The position numbers and the translations under genes were made by a program. From positions 1 to 57,648 of IMG/VR virus record IMGVR_UViG_3300032219_002612: a DNA stretch of 57,648 bases, one strand, 5' to 3'. Numbering within the stretch: the stretch's first letter is position 1; each line of letters opens with the position of its first letter. The notes under the pieces were generated by a model, which was not told the DNA's origin, made no database searches, and saw nothing but the letters and a program-made list of their open reading frames with translations. The DNA is from a virus (Duplodnaviria; Caudoviricetes). Below, piece after piece: positions 16,847-27,196 of this stretch.

Positions 16847-18433
16847 TCAACGAGTTTGTCCTGCGGATTCGCTCTCTGAGGGGGTGCTCTGATCCGCTAT
16901 TTCGTATCCCCTGGCCTTGAGATTAGCTATAATCTCTTTAACCGGGCGACCATAAATAATGGCGTCTGGGTTTTGGCGGAAAGTAGAAACAATCTTAGAA
17001 ATTGTCTCGGGAGAAATTGGAGCCTGTTTGCCCACTGGAGCAACTGCCACATTGGTCGTTCCGGGGGTCGGCACGTCTACGAATTGAGAGGAGCCGCTGG
17101 CGCGAAACGGAAGGGCGGCCATTGCGCTAGCTTGTTCGGGGGTTGCGGCTGGGCCGGCTTGAAACCCCGATGGCATGAGGCTTCGAATCATCGGAACTTG
17201 CCCCAAAAGGAAGGTGGGGGATGTAATTTCGGCAGTCCACTTTTTGTTCGCTTCTATTACACCCTTAGTCAAAAGACCGGTGTTGGGATCAATGGACCCG
17301 TCGTATCCCACTACGGGAGAAAGATCTGGAGTTGAGAAAGGAAACACGCGGTATTTTTGTTTTGTCTGTGGATCCTCCCTAACTGCCGCTAATCCTGGGT
17401 TCTGTAAAGTTAAATTATCCGCAGTCAATGCATTTATTTCTTCTAATTTTTTCAACTGAGCAATTGACTTTCTCTTATTGCTTTGAAACATTAACCGTTT
17501 GGTTTTATCCGCATAGTTTTGGCCAGTGTTTTTTAATTCGTCAGTTGGGAATTGGTTTTGAAGATCGTCCCAAGCCTTTTGATCGACCGGATCTAATTCT
17601 CCCAAGACGGCGTCATTTAAAAAAGTTGAGTAGGCTTTTCCATACTCTTTTTGCATATAATCATTTTGACGTTTTGCGACGTCTTGCGAGAGCGAAAGGA
17701 AAGTATCATTTAATTTTGGGTCAGTGTTCTTTAAACTTTTAAATTGATTGGTATATTCTTCAAGTTTACCGGCGAATTGATCTGGGGTATACTTGTCCAC
17801 GTCAAGCGTGTTTAAATCCTGCAAAAGGGTTAACGCCGCCGGTTGGGTTTTAATATTAATTCCGTCCTGCTCCAAACGTTTCTTGGCGTCTATCAGGGAC
17901 AGGGCGTTTGTAAAAACGTCGTTCTTCTGCTTTTGAGATAAAATTGAACCGGCAAGTTTATTTGTCGTCTCAATTAGTTTAGTCGGGTCGTCGGAGTTTA
18001 AAGCAAAAATCATCTCCTGGTACAATCTGCCGGAAGCTACCTCCGCCTCCCGATCTTTTCTCTCTTGTTCTAAACCTCGATTTATCTTTTGCTGCTCTGA
18101 TTGAAACTTTCTTTCGTCCAAATCCGTTTTTAAAGAATCCTTGTATGCATCCGCTGCGGCAGCAGTTTCCGCGGCAGAATAGCGAGCCTTTTCAATTTCT
18201 GCCTGTTGCGCCGTTTGTTGCGCGGATAAAGCAATTTTACTGCGGTCAATGTCCGCCTGCACGTTCGCGTTCTGGCGTTGCATATCAAGTTGAGCTCTGG
18301 CCAAATCAATTCTTTCCTGTTGATCTTTTTCTTGAATATACAGCTGTTGCTTTTTTAAATAGTTCTCTCGCAAGTCCCCAATAATCCCACGGACTTGTCC
18401 TACATAATCAGGCGCGTTAGGTGTAATTGGCAT
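16847..18433 (-). CDS. internal virion (ejection) protein
   Basis: 528 aa, helical/coiled-coil N-terminus, position between adaptor and giant protein. Confidence 0.65.
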   Translation of the reverse strand: MPITPNAPDYVGQVRGIIGDLRENYLKKQQLYIQEKDQQERIDLARAQLDMQRQNANVQADIDRSKIALSAQQTAQQAEIEKARYSAAETAAAADAYKDSLKTDLDERKFQSEQQKINRGLEQERKDREAEVASGRLYQEMIFALNSDDPTKLIETTNKLAGSILSQKQKNDVFTNALSLIDAKKRLEQDGINIKTQPAALTLLQDLNTLDVDKYTPDQFAGKLEEYTNQFKSLKNTDPKLNDTFLSLSQDVAKRQNDYMQKEYGKAYSTFLNDAVLGELDPVDQKAWDDLQNQFPTDELKNTGQNYADKTKRLMFQSNKRKSIAQLKKLEEINALTADNLTLQNPGLAAVREDPQTKQKYRVFPFSTPDLSPVVGYDGSIDPNTGLLTKGVIEANKKWTAEITSPTFLLGQVPMIRSLMPSGFQAGPAATPEQASAMAALPFRASGSSQFVDVPTPGTTNVAVAPVGKQAPISPETISKIVSTFRQNPDAIIYGRPVKEIIANLKARGYEIADQSTPSESESAGQTR

Positions 18434-18439
18434 AAAATT

Positions 18440-19873
18440 TTAAGCTCCAAATCCAGTAAGTTGAGGGCGGTAAGCGACGCTTTCATAGTTTTGAGCTTCC
18501 GCCTGCATCTGGTTCCTCATTCGAGCAACAATCATTTTCCCTCCGGGTCCCTTAAGAGCGGACGCGGGAACCATGGCGCCACCCATATCGACCATAAAAT
18601 CTCCTGAGGCCCCCATCACAGCCGGGTTGTTGGGTCGTGTGGGAGAATATGTTCCTGGCTTAAACCCAACGTATTGACCTTTTTTAATGTCAAACTGACC
18701 GGGCAGAGGTTGAGACTGCCAAGCATTAAGAGCGTTAGCCGCATTGATCTGCTGATTGTACTGAGCTTGAGTGGTCAGTACATCAAATACTTGAGACGGG
18801 GCTATCATTTTTGAAGCTTCAAAATTAGCTCGCGCCATTGTGGATTGCTGTGCCGCACTGGCCATTTGATTATATATTTGAGAAGGGGGAACGTAAACAG
18901 CGTTAAAAATTGAAGTTGGGTCAACACGTTTCATATTGGCCACAGTGCTAAAAATCTGTCCTGGGTCAGTAATAAACCTGGAGGCTAATGCCTCTCCTGT
19001 AACGGGCATTGTAGATTGTAGAACAGAGTTAGCAATGTTTGCAGTCTGTTGTAAAAGATTAGCGCCGGCGGTTTGAAGTTGTAAACTGGTTTGCCCCAAA
19101 TCTCGAGCAACAATATTCCTGCCAATCCCTCCCCCTAAAAGACCGGTAGTAAATCCCTTGGCCGCAGAGTTCCTGAAAATTTGATCGACAACATCTTGAG
19201 GAATTTTTCCCGCTAGATAGGTACTCGTGAGATTATTGGCCGCCTGCATATTTGCTTTGTATCCAGGCATCGCAGATTCGAATTCATCTTGGTACTTTTT
19301 ATTTAAACCGCTAGCAATTGCCTCAGCTTTGGCGGCAATCACCCCAGGATTATTTAAGGTTTCAGAAATTTGTTTGGCATCGGCTATAAGTTGTCCTGTC
19401 GTTGGGTTGACGCCAGCAATAAAAGCCTTGATCTGCTCCGGGGACATATTAAGTTTAGCCGCAACGCTTTTAGCGTCGGAAGCTATTTTTTGTTGGTCGA
19501 CAAAAAAGTTTGGGTTTACCCCGCTATTTAATTGGTTAAAGGTATTTCTAAAATTACTGATTGGAGATGTTAAGTCTAAATTTTCAATTGTAGGAGCTGC
19601 CCCCAAAAAAAACTCAATAGGCTTAGCGGCGCTGCTTCCCCCACCACCCCCACCACCTCCGCCGTATCCACCGCCTCGACCAGGAGGCTGTTCTTTAGCC
19701 GGAAGAGTGCGAGGCCCACCAGATCTTCTATACTCCTCAGCTGTTTTCGGCATGTTTTCCCACAAACTGCCTTTGCCGGGGGCAAATGGATCGGCCTTGC
19801 TGGCCGGGGAGTTCATATACGAATTCCAGGCATCGGTTTTTGCTTGCTCTGAAGCTGACATTGGAACTGCCAT
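18440..19873 (-). CDS. internal virion (DNA transfer/ejection) protein
   Basis: 477 aa, Ala/Gln/Gly-rich, poly-Gly tract; podovirus synteny. Confidence 0.65.
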   Translation of the reverse strand: MAVPMSASEQAKTDAWNSYMNSPASKADPFAPGKGSLWENMPKTAEEYRRSGGPRTLPAKEQPPGRGGGYGGGGGGGGGSSAAKPIEFFLGAAPTIENLDLTSPISNFRNTFNQLNSGVNPNFFVDQQKIASDAKSVAAKLNMSPEQIKAFIAGVNPTTGQLIADAKQISETLNNPGVIAAKAEAIASGLNKKYQDEFESAMPGYKANMQAANNLTSTYLAGKIPQDVVDQIFRNSAAKGFTTGLLGGGIGRNIVARDLGQTSLQLQTAGANLLQQTANIANSVLQSTMPVTGEALASRFITDPGQIFSTVANMKRVDPTSIFNAVYVPPSQIYNQMASAAQQSTMARANFEASKMIAPSQVFDVLTTQAQYNQQINAANALNAWQSQPLPGQFDIKKGQYVGFKPGTYSPTRPNNPAVMGASGDFMVDMGGAMVPASALKGPGGKMIVARMRNQMQAEAQNYESVAYRPQLTGFGA

Positions 19874-19876
19874 AAA

Positions 19877-21094
19877 TTACGCCATGTTAGGGATTTCACC
19901 CATTGCAAACATTTCCATTTGGATTTGGGGGCGGCCAATATTGGCCCCCTCCACTTCCCGAAGTTCTTCTCTTAATAAGTCTGTGGCCTTGTCTTCGTAG
20001 ACTTGAGCTTCGACTAAATTGTTGTTTTCTTCTTTTTCGATAGCAATCGCCATCATCTTTAAAGCTCCAAGGTTAGTCACGATTAGATCATCATCGTCAC
20101 TTACTACGGGAATAAACTTTCTCTTTGCAAGGACAGTCACAGTAGCTCCTTCTTCGCTTTCAAACCCTGGAATTGCATACCGTCTATACTGGGGCAAAGT
20201 CTCGTCGGGCGCAAGTATGGCGATGCAGTTCTCTGCTCCCGTGACTGGATCGACTGCATAGACCCGGACCCAACCTTTCGTAGGGCTTTTGTTTATTGCA
20301 TCGATAGAACGGAAAGCGTTGACTGTGGTGCGAGGGAGTTCTGTTAAAGTTAGTACAGCTGGATTGTCGTAACCAACTTGCCACGGGTATGCGGAATTCG
20401 ATAATGAGGAAGTCTCTACACTACTGTCGGGAGCTATAAATTGCCAGACAGACCCGTTATTTACTATAATCCACCCGTTAAGATTTCTGTAAGCGGGTTT
20501 TGAGTTTGCTGTGGTATAAAAAGCATAAACACCGTTAGCCACAACGGCTGCCCCAGCAAACCCAGAAACCAATACACTAGAATTCCCCGAACCGGCGCTC
20601 AAGTTCAAACGCTCGCCGTCGATGTAGGCTCCGTTTTCCTGCGTCTGGATTCGATTATTATAGGAATCAGATCCGCGAAACAAGATGGTAGAAGTAGAAT
20701 CTTCAATGAGGTCGGTGTACACGCGGATATACTTTTGGGCTTCGATGGAACGAAAGCAGGGGACATATCCACGATCAATCATCTGTCTCCAATCTCCAGC
20801 CCGAGTTATCCCCGGACCGTTAGCCATGAATTCGTACCACTGGTTGTAAACCTGAGCCGGCGATCCGCCGTAGTTATAACCTAAAATAGATTCAAACTCG
20901 CGGGGTAACGTAACACAACCGCCATACACGCATACCGAGTAACGCCCGTATGTTCCCGCGTATAGTCCCTTATTAAGTAAACGTTCTTGGGCTTCGTTAG
21001 TGCGGGCGAGTAACTGGGGATCGGTCGCGCACATCCCATTCTGGGTAACGCGGGCTAACTGCTGCTTCACCGATCCATATGTTCTTCGGATCAT
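19877..21094 (-). CDS. head-tail adaptor / tail tubular protein A-like
   Basis: N-terminal helix (NEAQERLL), TLPREFESI motif, C-terminal helices; podovirus synteny. Confidence 0.6.
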   Translation of the reverse strand: MIRRTYGSVKQQLARVTQNGMCATDPQLLARTNEAQERLLNKGLYAGTYGRYSVCVYGGCVTLPREFESILGYNYGGSPAQVYNQWYEFMANGPGITRAGDWRQMIDRGYVPCFRSIEAQKYIRVYTDLIEDSTSTILFRGSDSYNNRIQTQENGAYIDGERLNLSAGSGNSSVLVSGFAGAAVVANGVYAFYTTANSKPAYRNLNGWIIVNNGSVWQFIAPDSSVETSSLSNSAYPWQVGYDNPAVLTLTELPRTTVNAFRSIDAINKSPTKGWVRVYAVDPVTGAENCIAILAPDETLPQYRRYAIPGFESEEGATVTVLAKRKFIPVVSDDDDLIVTNLGALKMMAIAIEKEENNNLVEAQVYEDKATDLLREELREVEGANIGRPQIQMEMFAMGEIPNMA

Positions 21095-21513
21095 GAGTAG
21101 TTCCCCACGTACACTTTATACTTATAGCCATTTGGGGCGGCTGGAGTAGGCGGGGTTAAAAGTTCTTGCCCCGCTACAGTATAGGTATTATTCCCATCCC
21201 CCCAGGGCGCAACAACATTTGCGGATGAATCCACCAATACCATATCCCCGAAGCTAAACTGAGTAAACTCAAGCCATGAGCCATTAACAAAAAGATTTAC
21301 GGTAGTGGGGGTTCCGCTTTGCGGGTTTAACTTAAACCATAGTTTATTCTGATCTGAACCCGTTGGGGTAGAAGAACTAACGACTGCATAGCGAAGTTCG
21401 TCGGGGTATTGAACCGAAAGGTAGGAGGATAGAGTTGTAAGGAAGTCTCCAAAATTTCCGGGATATGGGGTTCCGGCTGGCACACTACCGGAAGTAATCG
21501 TTATTTCTGCCAT
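21091..21513 (-). CDS. tail protein (140 aa)
   Basis: Paralogous to the N- and C-termini of 23547..25244. Confidence 0.65.
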   Translation of the reverse strand: MAEITITSGSVPAGTPYPGNFGDFLTTLSSYLSVQYPDELRYAVVSSSTPTGSDQNKLWFKLNPQSGTPTTVNLFVNGSWLEFTQFSFGDMVLVDSSANVVAPWGDGNNTYTVAGQELLTPPTPAAPNGYKYKVYVGNYS

Positions 21514-21522
21514 AGATCCTTT

Positions 21523-21550
21523 AGATTAAGGGGTTGCATTTTTTTGTCAA
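21523..21550 (-). promoter_or_regulatory. sigma70-type promoter
   Basis: TTGACA-N16-TAATCT-N9-ATG(21513). Confidence 0.6.
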
Positions 21551-23550
21551 GGGAGAGGTCCATTTCGACTTCCCGGCGTAACCGAAGTTGTGGCGTAATT
21601 ATAAGCAGGAAGAGAAGTTATTGAAACGTCTGTTCTTAAATATGTTAATGTTCTATTCCCCCCAGTATAATTAGAATAATAGTACAATGCTCCGTCGCTA
21701 GATGGTTGACCGCTTGCATTTACTCCCGGTCCAAAACCCCACTGGAAAGTAATGACGGGTAAAAACGGAGCCACGTTTGGGTTTACCAAAGTTTCTCCGG
21801 CTTGCGTAAAAGTACTGAGTCTGTAATTATTTCCGGAAGCATATGCTGTAAAACCATAAGAAAGCGGGGAGGCTACAAATGGAGCAAAAGGAGCTAAACC
21901 AGTAACAACACCATAATTCCCCCCGGGCCCAGTATTTACTCCAGATTTTGTAACCGTATACAATAAAGTTCCGCTCATGTTGTAAAACTCAAATATAATA
22001 TTAGTCGGGTTTGCAAAGGAAGCCAGCCTAGCAACTAACATGTATTGAGAACTTCCATTGTGATTATAAATACTAATAGAAGTAAGAATAGTGGTGAGGC
22101 CAGTTAAAAATGTTGAGACAACTCCAGCATCAGTAATCTTCTTTACGGCAGTGTTGTCCATAAAATAAATAGAATTGTTTGTATCAAAAAGTAATGGACT
22201 TTCACCATTTTGCCCGTCTAATGCTTGTTGATAATAAGGAGCCCAAGAGGATCCATTCCATTTAGCAATGTTAAAAGTAGTATTATTATCTGTATAAGAA
22301 GCATAAATTTTATTGTTGAAAGTTTCGATAACCCCACGGAGTCGAATTGTCCCGGGGTATGGACCAAAAGACGAACCGAGAGTTCTTAAATATCTAGTTC
22401 CACCTAAAAGATTCGAAACATATCTAACTCTGTTTTGGCCTGTGTAATAATCGGCAAAAAGAGTTCCGTAGGTGGCAGACGGTGAGACTTGACCGCCTCC
22501 GTCAAAAAGACCTGGATTAATTGTTAGGGTTATCGTTTTTGTAATTGTGGGGCCTAATACGCTAACAGCGGATAGACCTATCGACATGATTCCGGTTTCG
22601 GGCCACCCCGAGTTAAGTGTACCGCTTATGAGCCCAGTAGAAGTATTTATTGATACTCCCGAAGGAAGATTTGTCGCGCCGTATAAAGAAGCTGCATTTG
22701 AGGTTCCACCACCCAAAGTAATCTGGTAAGAAAAAGCCCCACCATCGTCTCCAGTGGTATTTCCACTCGTTATAATTGGGGGTACATTAACAGTAACATT
22801 TAGAGTAGCAACTCCAGTAAAGTATTGATTAGAGGCCGATAATATAATATTAGTTGACTGTGCGACTGAGCCTGGTGGAGTCGCGGGAGTTCCAGAAATT
22901 ATTCCTGTGCTTGTGTTAATACTTAACCCGGAAGGAATTGGGGAAGCTCCAAATAATGTTGGAGACTTGGAGGCTGTAATTGTATAAGGAGTAATCGCAA
23001 CGCCCGAAACAAAAGTTAATGGGGTCAAAGAACTAGTTATTACTGGTCGCTGTTGAAGAGTAAATATTAAATTTTGATTCCCGGTTCCAGCAGCATTTGT
23101 AGCACTTACGATTGCGGTAACTGTGATAACGGCATCATCTGAAGCGGATGTGGGTGTTCCGGTTATTAAGCCGGTACCCGTATTAACAGATAAGCCCGTG
23201 GGTAAATTGGTTGCCCCGTAAGAGAGAATAGCAGTGGGAGAAGAAGCGGTGATTTGATACGAGAAAGCTGTAGCCATTTCATGCGTCACTGAGTCAACAC
23301 TAGTAATAAAGGGTGTAGGGGGTGCAATTACAGTTAGATCCAGCACCGCCGCGCCTGTTCCTCCGACTCCTCTAGCTAAAACGGTGATGGCAAATCGTCC
23401 GGCTTGTTGAAGTTCGCCCGAAATAACACCTTCTTGGTTTATCGACAATCCTTGAGGAAGATTCTCGGCAGCAAAATAAATTGTATTCGACGCGGTTATA
23501 GTACGTGAATACACGTCACCAGCCGTTACTGTTTGATACACAATTGTCAT
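21547..23550 (-). CDS. tail/receptor-binding protein with four putative Ig (He_PIG-like) repeats
   Basis: Repeats of A(T/E)NLPxGLSIN(T)xTGxISGT; beta-rich C-terminal domain. Confidence 0.8.
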   Translation of the reverse strand: MTIVYQTVTAGDVYSRTITASNTIYFAAENLPQGLSINQEGVISGELQQAGRFAITVLARGVGGTGAAVLDLTVIAPPTPFITSVDSVTHEMATAFSYQITASSPTAILSYGATNLPTGLSVNTGTGLITGTPTSASDDAVITVTAIVSATNAAGTGNQNLIFTLQQRPVITSSLTPLTFVSGVAITPYTITASKSPTLFGASPIPSGLSINTSTGIISGTPATPPGSVAQSTNIILSASNQYFTGVATLNVTVNVPPIITSGNTTGDDGGAFSYQITLGGGTSNAASLYGATNLPSGVSINTSTGLISGTLNSGWPETGIMSIGLSAVSVLGPTITKTITLTINPGLFDGGGQVSPSATYGTLFADYYTGQNRVRYVSNLLGGTRYLRTLGSSFGPYPGTIRLRGVIETFNNKIYASYTDNNTTFNIAKWNGSSWAPYYQQALDGQNGESPLLFDTNNSIYFMDNTAVKKITDAGVVSTFLTGLTTILTSISIYNHNGSSQYMLVARLASFANPTNIIFEFYNMSGTLLYTVTKSGVNTGPGGNYGVVTGLAPFAPFVASPLSYGFTAYASGNNYRLSTFTQAGETLVNPNVAPFLPVITFQWGFGPGVNASGQPSSDGALYYYSNYTGGNRTLTYLRTDVSITSLPAYNYATTSVTPGSRNGPLP

Positions 23551-25244
23551 GGTGTTATTACCGGTGGTGTCGGTTGTGATATTTGAGCCCCGATATAGTA
23601 CTTGTATACAAATCCTGCGGGGGGCGTTGGGAGAGTGGGGACTTGAAATATAGGTTGACCAAATTGACTTAGATTATACGCTTTGCCGGATTCACCCCAA
23701 GGAAATAAAACAGTATTTTCTTCAGGAGCTAATATGATATCTCCCCTTTGTACATTTTCAAATCCGTACCAAGCACTGCCCGCAAATCTTCTTAATGCCG
23801 GAGTATTAAAATAATCAGTAGGAATGTACTGCTGAACATTGAAGACGGTTCCTTTTATAGACCCACCAAAAGCGTTTTCAGCTTGCATGGTTGAAGAAAA
23901 CACCCCGACGGCAGAAGGTGTGCCGGACACGAGTCCGGTCGAAGTATTAATTGTTAATCCTGTAGGCAAAGAGTTTGCGTTGTAAGAGGTTGGAGAATTA
24001 GTTGCAGTGAGATTAAAACTAAACGGAACGGATAAATTCGCGGCTATAAAATCGGGATTTTGAACTGTAGAAAAAGTATTTGTAGATCCCGAGGTTGCGC
24101 GAATTTTTCCATTCCCAAGATCAGCAATATAAAGATTACCGGTTGACGACACAAAAACACCTGCCGCCCTATCGAATTCCGAGCTTAAATAAGCCCCGTC
24201 AACATAGCCGGTTGAGCCAGTCCCGGCCTCTTCACTGACAGTACCACCTGGAGTAATTTTAAAAATGTTGTTGTAGCCCAAAGCATTTCCTCTCCCAACG
24301 TATAAATTATCAGAAGAGTCTATCCCCATATTCCCGCCTTGACCTGGCTGATTGGCCGCAAAAGTTAAAGGACCTGCTATTTGCGTCGCGGGACCTCCCC
24401 CGGGAGTTACAACGCTCACATACCTTGCGGCATTAGTTAGTCTAGTTGTATGTATGAAAACAATATTACCGGAAGAATTAAAACGAAGACCTTCTATTCT
24501 ATCGTTAGCGCCGAGAGAAATATTTGATAGTACAGAAAAACTATACCCTGAGCTAACTGTTATTTTAAATATATTTTGATTTTGCGCAAAATAAAGATTT
24601 CCAGAAGAATCTGAAATTAGACCATATGGCGGATAAGCAAAATAGGGTGGGTAACCCGCGCTAGGACGTGTAGCTGAATTCCATTGAGTCCTTAAAACAA
24701 AAGAAGAGCCTACGAGTTCATACAAAATGGGTCCCTCTCCACCTTTAAAACCAATTGCGAACAGCTTTCCACCGGGTGTTTTTGTTATAGAGAAATAAGA
24801 ATAAGCACCCATATTATAGTTAGTAACTTGTAAATTGGAGTTTATTTTAGCTATTATATTGTTGGTTGGGCTAACAATTACCCCTGTTCCCGCCCAAGTA
24901 TCTTGTGTTGATTCGTCCAAAAAAACACTCCAGGCAGCGGGAACACTGGCCAAAGTGTCAATTGACTTAGTAGACCCAGGAAAATATGACAGGGGCTGCG
25001 GGGTTGGTAAATTTGGATCAACCCCGGGCTCTGGTGGGGAAACAGTCGAATTGGGATAATGAATCCAAATTTTGTTGTTGTCTTCTACCGAGGGAATGGT
25101 ACTGCCTGTGACATAAACATCGGCGACATCTGTTCTTTCTACATGTGCATTTAACGCTACATGGTCGACAGTATCCTGAACGGTGCGAGGATAATCGTCA
25201 AATCCGGGGGGATTAAAATAGACGGAATACTCGCTCATCCGCAT
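23547..25244 (-). CDS. tail protein with NHL/beta-propeller and Ig domain
   Basis: DSSGNLYFA, DSSDNLYV, STGNLYIADLGNGKIR (NHL-like); LPTGLTINTSTGLVSGTP (Ig). Confidence 0.8.
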   Translation of the reverse strand: MRMSEYSVYFNPPGFDDYPRTVQDTVDHVALNAHVERTDVADVYVTGSTIPSVEDNNKIWIHYPNSTVSPPEPGVDPNLPTPQPLSYFPGSTKSIDTLASVPAAWSVFLDESTQDTWAGTGVIVSPTNNIIAKINSNLQVTNYNMGAYSYFSITKTPGGKLFAIGFKGGEGPILYELVGSSFVLRTQWNSATRPSAGYPPYFAYPPYGLISDSSGNLYFAQNQNIFKITVSSGYSFSVLSNISLGANDRIEGLRFNSSGNIVFIHTTRLTNAARYVSVVTPGGGPATQIAGPLTFAANQPGQGGNMGIDSSDNLYVGRGNALGYNNIFKITPGGTVSEEAGTGSTGYVDGAYLSSEFDRAAGVFVSSTGNLYIADLGNGKIRATSGSTNTFSTVQNPDFIAANLSVPFSFNLTATNSPTSYNANSLPTGLTINTSTGLVSGTPSAVGVFSSTMQAENAFGGSIKGTVFNVQQYIPTDYFNTPALRRFAGSAWYGFENVQRGDIILAPEENTVLFPWGESGKAYNLSQFGQPIFQVPTLPTPPAGFVYKYYIGAQISQPTPPVITP

Positions 25245-27196
25245 TCTCCCAAATCGCTGATATCTTTACGAGAGGCATGAAGCCGAAACAAAACAAGTTT
25301 TCCCCATCCCTCCCAAGAAAGTTTGCCTTGAAACATATACCCAAAATTAGACAAACGATTCGACAGGTCAACGCAAACTGAGCTGGGCTTCACCGTGCGG
25401 GAGGTTTTAAACCCAAACGGAAGATTGGGTGGGGCTTGAGTGGTTAAAACGGAGGTTTCCTGTTCGTTAGGGATATCTTTTGTTTGTACTGGATAGAATA
25501 GATTTAAAAAATCTGGGCTATACTCAAGGTTCCATGTCACACCACCATACACATCTGTAAATCCAACATCGGCCCGCATAAGCTCTTTGATGTCAAACGG
25601 GGTTTGGAAGGAAAAACGCCTCATTTCAACAGAACAATTAATCGGGGTTGGGGCAACGTCCGCAGTTCGAGAGGGCTTAATTTCGTCTTCGTAAGCAAAT
25701 AGCGGAATCTCGTACAAACAGTTTTTCCCGTCGGTGTCGCAAGTAATGGCGTAACATCGTCTTTGTGATCCAAATACTCCTTCGACTAATTTGCATATTT
25801 GAAAGCCATTCCACTCTCCATCAAAAACTGGGGAGGGGGCGCTAATAACTCCGCCGGCGTTAAAGTCTCTTGAAATAAGTTTACTAAACACAATGTTAAA
25901 CTTCCCGGTGTAATCTCCGTTCTCGTCGGTAATTCTCTGTATTTTTGGGGCTCCGCCAAGAATATATCGGCTGTCAAACAAAACGCCTGGGGTATAAGAC
26001 AGCCATCTTTCTGTATCGTAGGTTGTTATTCTAGTCGCTTCTAAACTGTCCGCCAAACTAACTGCCCCAAATCCTTGTGTGGTTTGCGCTAAAGAGCGGA
26101 TACCGTCTTGCGCTCTAAAATATATATCTCGATCCGTAAGAATAATTGATTCTTGATTCAGGGAGCCTCGGCCGACAAATATTTTGCGCAAAAAACCGGG
26201 GGTCGATTGCCAGCTGGTGCGGTCATAATTAGTGGCCCTAAGGGCAAAAATAGAATCTCTTGTAAATAGAATTAAGTCTCCTTGGCCCACTGAATTATCT
26301 GCCCCGGGCAAAAAAACCATTCCCGTAACTGGTTCGTTAAAATAAAAACTCCCGCCGCCCGTAAGGTAAATAGTCTCGGTAAATTTAATTTCTGCGTTAA
26401 CGCTTGAACCAACTAAATCCCCGGCAAAAACATTATTTCCGTTTGCAACCCATAAACGCCCATTCCCATAGGCTACGACCGACCCGATAGGAATTGATAT
26501 GTTGTCTCTTACGACCCCAGGACCGTAAAAATTTAATGTGGTAACGATTGTTCTGGCAGCATCTTTACTTAACGTTATGGTTGAGTTTGCAATATCAAAA
26601 GAAGTAACAAAAGTTTCGTCTTGAATTGCGCCCGATTGGGAGGAGACATACATCCCCACTTCAATCCCTGCAACAGATGGGGCGGCAATGACGGGATTGT
26701 TGGCGCCCAAGACGCATTCTTCAATAGTAACTGCGGGAGAGCTTAATTGAGTTTTGCCCTGGGATCTAAAAGTGGTGGATCCGTCATATACCATGGCGGG
26801 AGAAACTCCGTCCTGAACTACCAAAAAAGCATTAGCCTGCACCATAGAAGTTTTTTGTGATATATATGGACTAGTCTCGTTAGGCGGAGAAATATCTCTA
26901 GCCGGTGTTGCCGGCTCAAGGGGGGCTAGGTCGTATAATTTCCCGTCAATTGTGGCAATTAAATCTTGACTATTTCTCAAACGATTGGAAAAAAAGCAGG
27001 CACCTTGAACCACTCCGGGGGGAAGAAGTTTTATAAATTGAAAGCCCGGCCGGGTAGCTAAAAATCCGTCCCGTACTACAACGTTTTCTGCCCATGAGTA
27101 TTGATTTTCTGCGATGAGCGCTGGATCGACAGCAGAATTGGCTCCGCCCAGAAAGGAACCCATCCCCTCTGTTAGCCTATTTTGATCTGAGATCAT
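25235..27196 (-). CDS. tail nozzle / tail tubular protein B-like
   Basis: 653 aa; N-terminal GG.NS..DP..I.ENQ...AENV..RDG.L.TRPG typical of P22 gp10/T7 gp12-like proteins. Confidence 0.75.
   Translation of the reverse strand: MISDQNRLTEGMGSFLGGANSAVDPALIAENQYSWAENVVVRDGFLATRPGFQFIKLLPPGVVQGACFFSNRLRNSQDLIATIDGKLYDLAPLEPATPARDISPPNETSPYISQKTSMVQANAFLVVQDGVSPAMVYDGSTTFRSQGKTQLSSPAVTIEECVLGANNPVIAAPSVAGIEVGMYVSSQSGAIQDETFVTSFDIANSTITLSKDAARTIVTTLNFYGPGVVRDNISIPIGSVVAYGNGRLWVANGNNVFAGDLVGSSVNAEIKFTETIYLTGGGSFYFNEPVTGMVFLPGADNSVGQGDLILFTRDSIFALRATNYDRTSWQSTPGFLRKIFVGRGSLNQESIILTDRDIYFRAQDGIRSLAQTTQGFGAVSLADSLEATRITTYDTERWLSYTPGVLFDSRYILGGAPKIQRITDENGDYTGKFNIVFSKLISRDFNAGGVISAPSPVFDGEWNGFQICKLVEGVFGSQRRCYAITCDTDGKNCLYEIPLFAYEDEIKPSRTADVAPTPINCSVEMRRFSFQTPFDIKELMRADVGFTDVYGGVTWNLEYSPDFLNLFYPVQTKDIPNEQETSVLTTQAPPNLPFGFKTSRTVKPSSVCVDLSNRLSNFGYMFQGKLSWEGWGKLVLFRLHASRKDISDLGECG

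Noticed and set aside
16812-16850. Promoter for the giant gene (TTGACG at 16850)
   Set aside because: No acceptable -10 at 16-17 bp (CTTGAA/TTGAAT); the interval instead forms a hairpin (GGCT.AATAG/CTATTAGCC) of unclear role
19227-20000. 257-aa + strand ORF with poly-Pro
   Set aside because: Mirror of the poly-Gly tract in the ejection protein
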